Below, one piece after another: positions 62,018 to 64,000 of a stretch of 64,000 nt of DNA; the first letter of the stretch is position 1, and every line of letters starts with the position of its first letter. Both the position numbers and the translations under genes were made by a program. The stretch is from positions 20,832,001 through 20,896,000 of the forward strand of contig CM120645.1 in the NCBI GenBank assembly GCA_051362555.1, in the 5' to 3' direction. The DNA comes from Lingula anatina (lineage: Eukaryota; Animalia; Brachiopoda). The notes below the pieces were generated by a model. The model worked only from the letters and a program-made list of their open reading frames with translations. It was not told the origin of the DNA and did not search any database.

Positions 62018-63702
62018 CTTTCATCATTATCATCATCATAATAATCATAAGAGGAAGAAGAAGGACTATCATCATCATCATAATTCTAATAATAATAATG
62101 ACAACAAAAAATATTTTAGGTGAAAAACAGAATGTTCTAATGTTGGAATATTTACTACAATATGTGTTTAAAAATCACCATTATAACGAGTTCTGATCTA
62201 ATCCTCTATATCATAGCATTGCCATAAGCATGTTTAGATTTTGAATCACAAGACTGAGATTTTTTTAAATTAAAATCCCTGGGGTGAGCAATGTCTGTTA
62301 CCTGTTCCAGGAGAAGTTTCTGGGCAGCCAGGTACTCTTTAACAGTCTTTTCAGTGATGTCCACCCTGTCCTTGCCTAAAGGAGTGGCCGCAGTGGTTAT
62401 ATCGGTAAGCATCACCATGGCTGTGGTCTGGAGTAACTGACCGCTAGTGGACAGAACTATGCTGGACAGAAGGGCAAGTATGTCCTGAAGAGATTCAATA
62501 TTCCTTAATTAGTGCATCATTTATATATTATCAGTCTGTGGCAAGTTTTTTTTCACTGGCCACCAGGGACTTAGAATCCATCTATAATGTCACAAACTAC
62601 AAAGATAATGGATTGCTTATAAAAGTACATAACATGTGTATCCTAAAGCATATCCAGAACAAAAAAGACAATCCAATTTTAAACAATCAATGACTATACA
62701 TGTACAGTTTAAGTGCAAGGACTATCATAATAATAATAACAAAAAACAATTATTTATTTCTGTGATAGAAGCATGATTGACACTTGAACAGTTTGTTCAA
62801 AATGGAGCTCCTTTCATTTTTTCCACCTCCACATGGCACCTCTTCCACTCCAAAACTTTTTCCATGGTAACCATCAAAAACACATTTTGGGGCCACATTT
62901 AACATCATTAAAGAAAATAAACATCATTAAAGAAAATAAACATTCAAAATTACCTTCAACATATCAATATTATCATCAGAACTCTTCCCTTCCATGATGT
63001 TCAACAGGACTCCCTGCATGAGAAACTCGGCCTGCATCTCCACATCACCGCAGGCCTCGGCCTCGGCATATCCCTCCACACAGTACTGCCTGCAGTCTCC
63101 CAGCTCCACATGGACACTGCGGTATGGTCCTTTATATAACAAACACAGTAATTTCATAACAATCGCATCACACCATATCCATATAGAAATTATATGACAG
63201 TGCATTTATTCAAAATTAGGTAACATTTCTTTAATAACTGTTGTTTAATTCTTACTAAGTTTAAACTTGGCATTTATAGTGATATTCTTCCTAGACAGGG
63301 TCTAATCATCTTTAATTTTTGTCTCAAGGAAAAAATTGTGGCCATGCAGAAACTGAACAAACTTTCACTAACAAAGTGGCCTAGCTGGCTTCAATTTTAC
63401 TGGCATTTGGCACGGAGAAAATGCATAATGTGTGAAGACATTACACATGTACCCAGTGTATAATGCAAATGCCTCCATTTTTGTTAATGTACCACATTGT
63501 TCTGATACCTTTTACATCTCCCATGCCTCTGACTTCACACATCAGGCTTTTCACCAGAGCCAGGCGACAGTTCAACCACAAGCGAGCATCAAGACGAGAG
63601 CGACTCTGAAAGTTCTGGAACTGGAATTGACTGTTCTCTATCTGGGTCAACTGGATATTGGCAGTTCCAGTTGCATGACGACTGCTCCTCATGGAGGAAG
63701 GC
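51812..63702 (-). CDS. CFAP54: Cilia- and flagella-associated protein 54-like; last 14 coding exons, 5' part lies beyond the window
   Basis: Phase-consistent GT-AG exon chain in transcript order: 63702-63509, 63129-62954, 62484-62302, 61940-61768, 61459-61338, 60589-60481, 60051-59856, 59515-59254, 57986-57858, 57467-56957, 56733-56539, 56043-55884, 54892-54812, 51934-51812 (TAA). The motifs LDARLWLNCRLALV, DHDLGLIRQGYLEIALVY, AAWVAIR, EISLQWYQP and the C-terminal IPFEV..FEKLFD..G....GGTMFNW match my recollection of CFAP54. Confidence 0.88.
54812..54892 (-). CDS. CFAP54: CFAP54-like exon (NLLKQCL...TVSEVE)
   Basis: TTTCAG| and GAG|GTCAGT, phase 0-0. Confidence 0.82.
55884..56043 (-). CDS. 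CFAP54: CFAP54-like exon (LALLMQR...KDEHLE)
   Basis: CTCCAG| and GAA|GTAAGT, phase 2-0. Confidence 0.88.
56221..56571 (-). repeat. Degenerate ~158-bp-period triplication of a CFAP54 exon end
   Basis: TCTATCAGTTGTTTCAGT core and its flanks recur in blocks starting at ~56223, ~56383 and 56539 (the last is exonic). Confidence 0.8.
56539..56733 (-). CDS. CFAP54: CFAP54-like exon (YQPAFEE...LIELHDR)
   Basis: TTGTAG| and TAG|GTAATA, phase 2-2. Confidence 0.88.
56957..57467 (-). CDS. CFAP54: CFAP54-like exon (GYQAILQR...EISLQW)
   Basis: TTGTAG| and ATG|GTAGGT, 511 nt, phase 1-2. Confidence 0.9.
57858..57986 (-). CDS. CFAP54: CFAP54-like exon (AIEEEMAP...SWTHLL)
   Basis: TACAG| and TGG|GTAAAA, phase 1-1. 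Confidence 0.87.
59254..59515 (-). CDS. CFAP54: CFAP54-like exon (SKKEKTK...KKKVYK)
   Basis: TTTCAG| and AAA|GTAAGT, phase 0-1. Confidence 0.88.
59856..60051 (-). CDS. CFAP54: CFAP54-like exon (LIRQGYLEIAL...KKGVK)
   Basis: TTCCAG| and AAG|GTCAGT, phase 2-0. Confidence 0.88.
60481..60589 (-). CDS. CFAP54: CFAP54-like exon (GKVQRQL...FDHDLG)
   Basis: TATCAG| and GGG|GTGAGG, phase 1-2. Confidence 0.88.
61026..61349 (-). repeat. Minisatellite, 16 units of 19-22 bp, derived from a CFAP54 exon/intron junction
   Basis: Unit on the gene strand is GTG(C/T)TCAATATGGGTAAGAT. The terminal unit is the real donor at 61338/61337. Confidence 0.95.
61338..61459 (-). CDS. CFAP54: CFAP54-like exon (SEDIVERW...EILLNM)
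   Basis: TTTACAG| and TGG|GTAAGA, phase 2-1. Confidence 0.88.
61768..61940 (-). CDS. CFAP54: CFAP54-like exon (IQALGEK...NAARNAG)
   Basis: TTTTCAG| and TGG|GTAAGA, phase 0-2. Confidence 0.88.
62302..62484 (-). CDS. CFAP54: CFAP54-like exon (DILALLS...KLLLEQ)
   Basis: TTCAG| and CAG|GTAACA, phase 0-0. Confidence 0.88.
62954..63129 (-). CDS. CFAP54: CFAP54-like exon (GPYRSVH...DNIDMLK)
   Basis: AAG| acceptor, AAG|GTAATT donor, phase 1-0. Confidence 0.85.
63509..63702 (-). CDS. CFAP54: CFAP54-like exon (PSSMRSS...RGMGDVK)
   Basis: TACAG| acceptor, AAG|GTATCA donor, phase 2-1. Confidence 0.85.
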
Positions 63703-64000
63703 CTGTAATTCAATTTTCAAAAATTCATGACTTTTCCCAGTGATGAAAAATTAGGCATAAAATGAAAAGCAAGAGGTTAGTTTTTTTTTTCTTTTTGGGC
63801 ATTGATATTTCATTAATTTCCAATGGAATTCACTAAATTTGATGAAATGCAGCATTTTTACTATAAATCCCTATTGCTTATAATGACAGAAATCAAAGCA
63901 ACACTTCAAAAGCTAATTTAGTTGCCAAAAGGAATGTCTGTTTAGTGAAAATGTGTGATAAATGAACCTGTTTTGTTCTGTGCATAAAACAAGCCTTTTA

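Overview
AT-rich, intron- and microsatellite-rich animal genomic DNA. It is probably from a lophotrochozoan such as a mollusc (inference); nothing prokaryotic is present and most short ORFs in the track are spurious. Three genes can be rebuilt by hand. (1) A + strand multi-exon ankyrin-repeat gene (~1.7-13.2 kb) whose protein ends in an IQ-like motif and a CaaX box (...IQAKWRNAAKKATSCGIL*), with one exon whose splice phase does not fit. (2) An intronless-CDS class A neuropeptide GPCR (46577-47926) most like CNMamide/FMRFamide-type receptors. (3) The last 14 coding exons of a - strand CFAP54-like gene (51812 to beyond the window end). Non-coding DNA holds several MITE families. The most unusual signals are a 16-copy minisatellite made from a CFAP54 5' splice site, forming an array of out-of-frame decoy donors, and a palindromic insertion flanked by a 13-bp target-site duplication (TSD) with a hammerhead-like core in its loop. 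All family assignments rest on motif recognition, not database searches.
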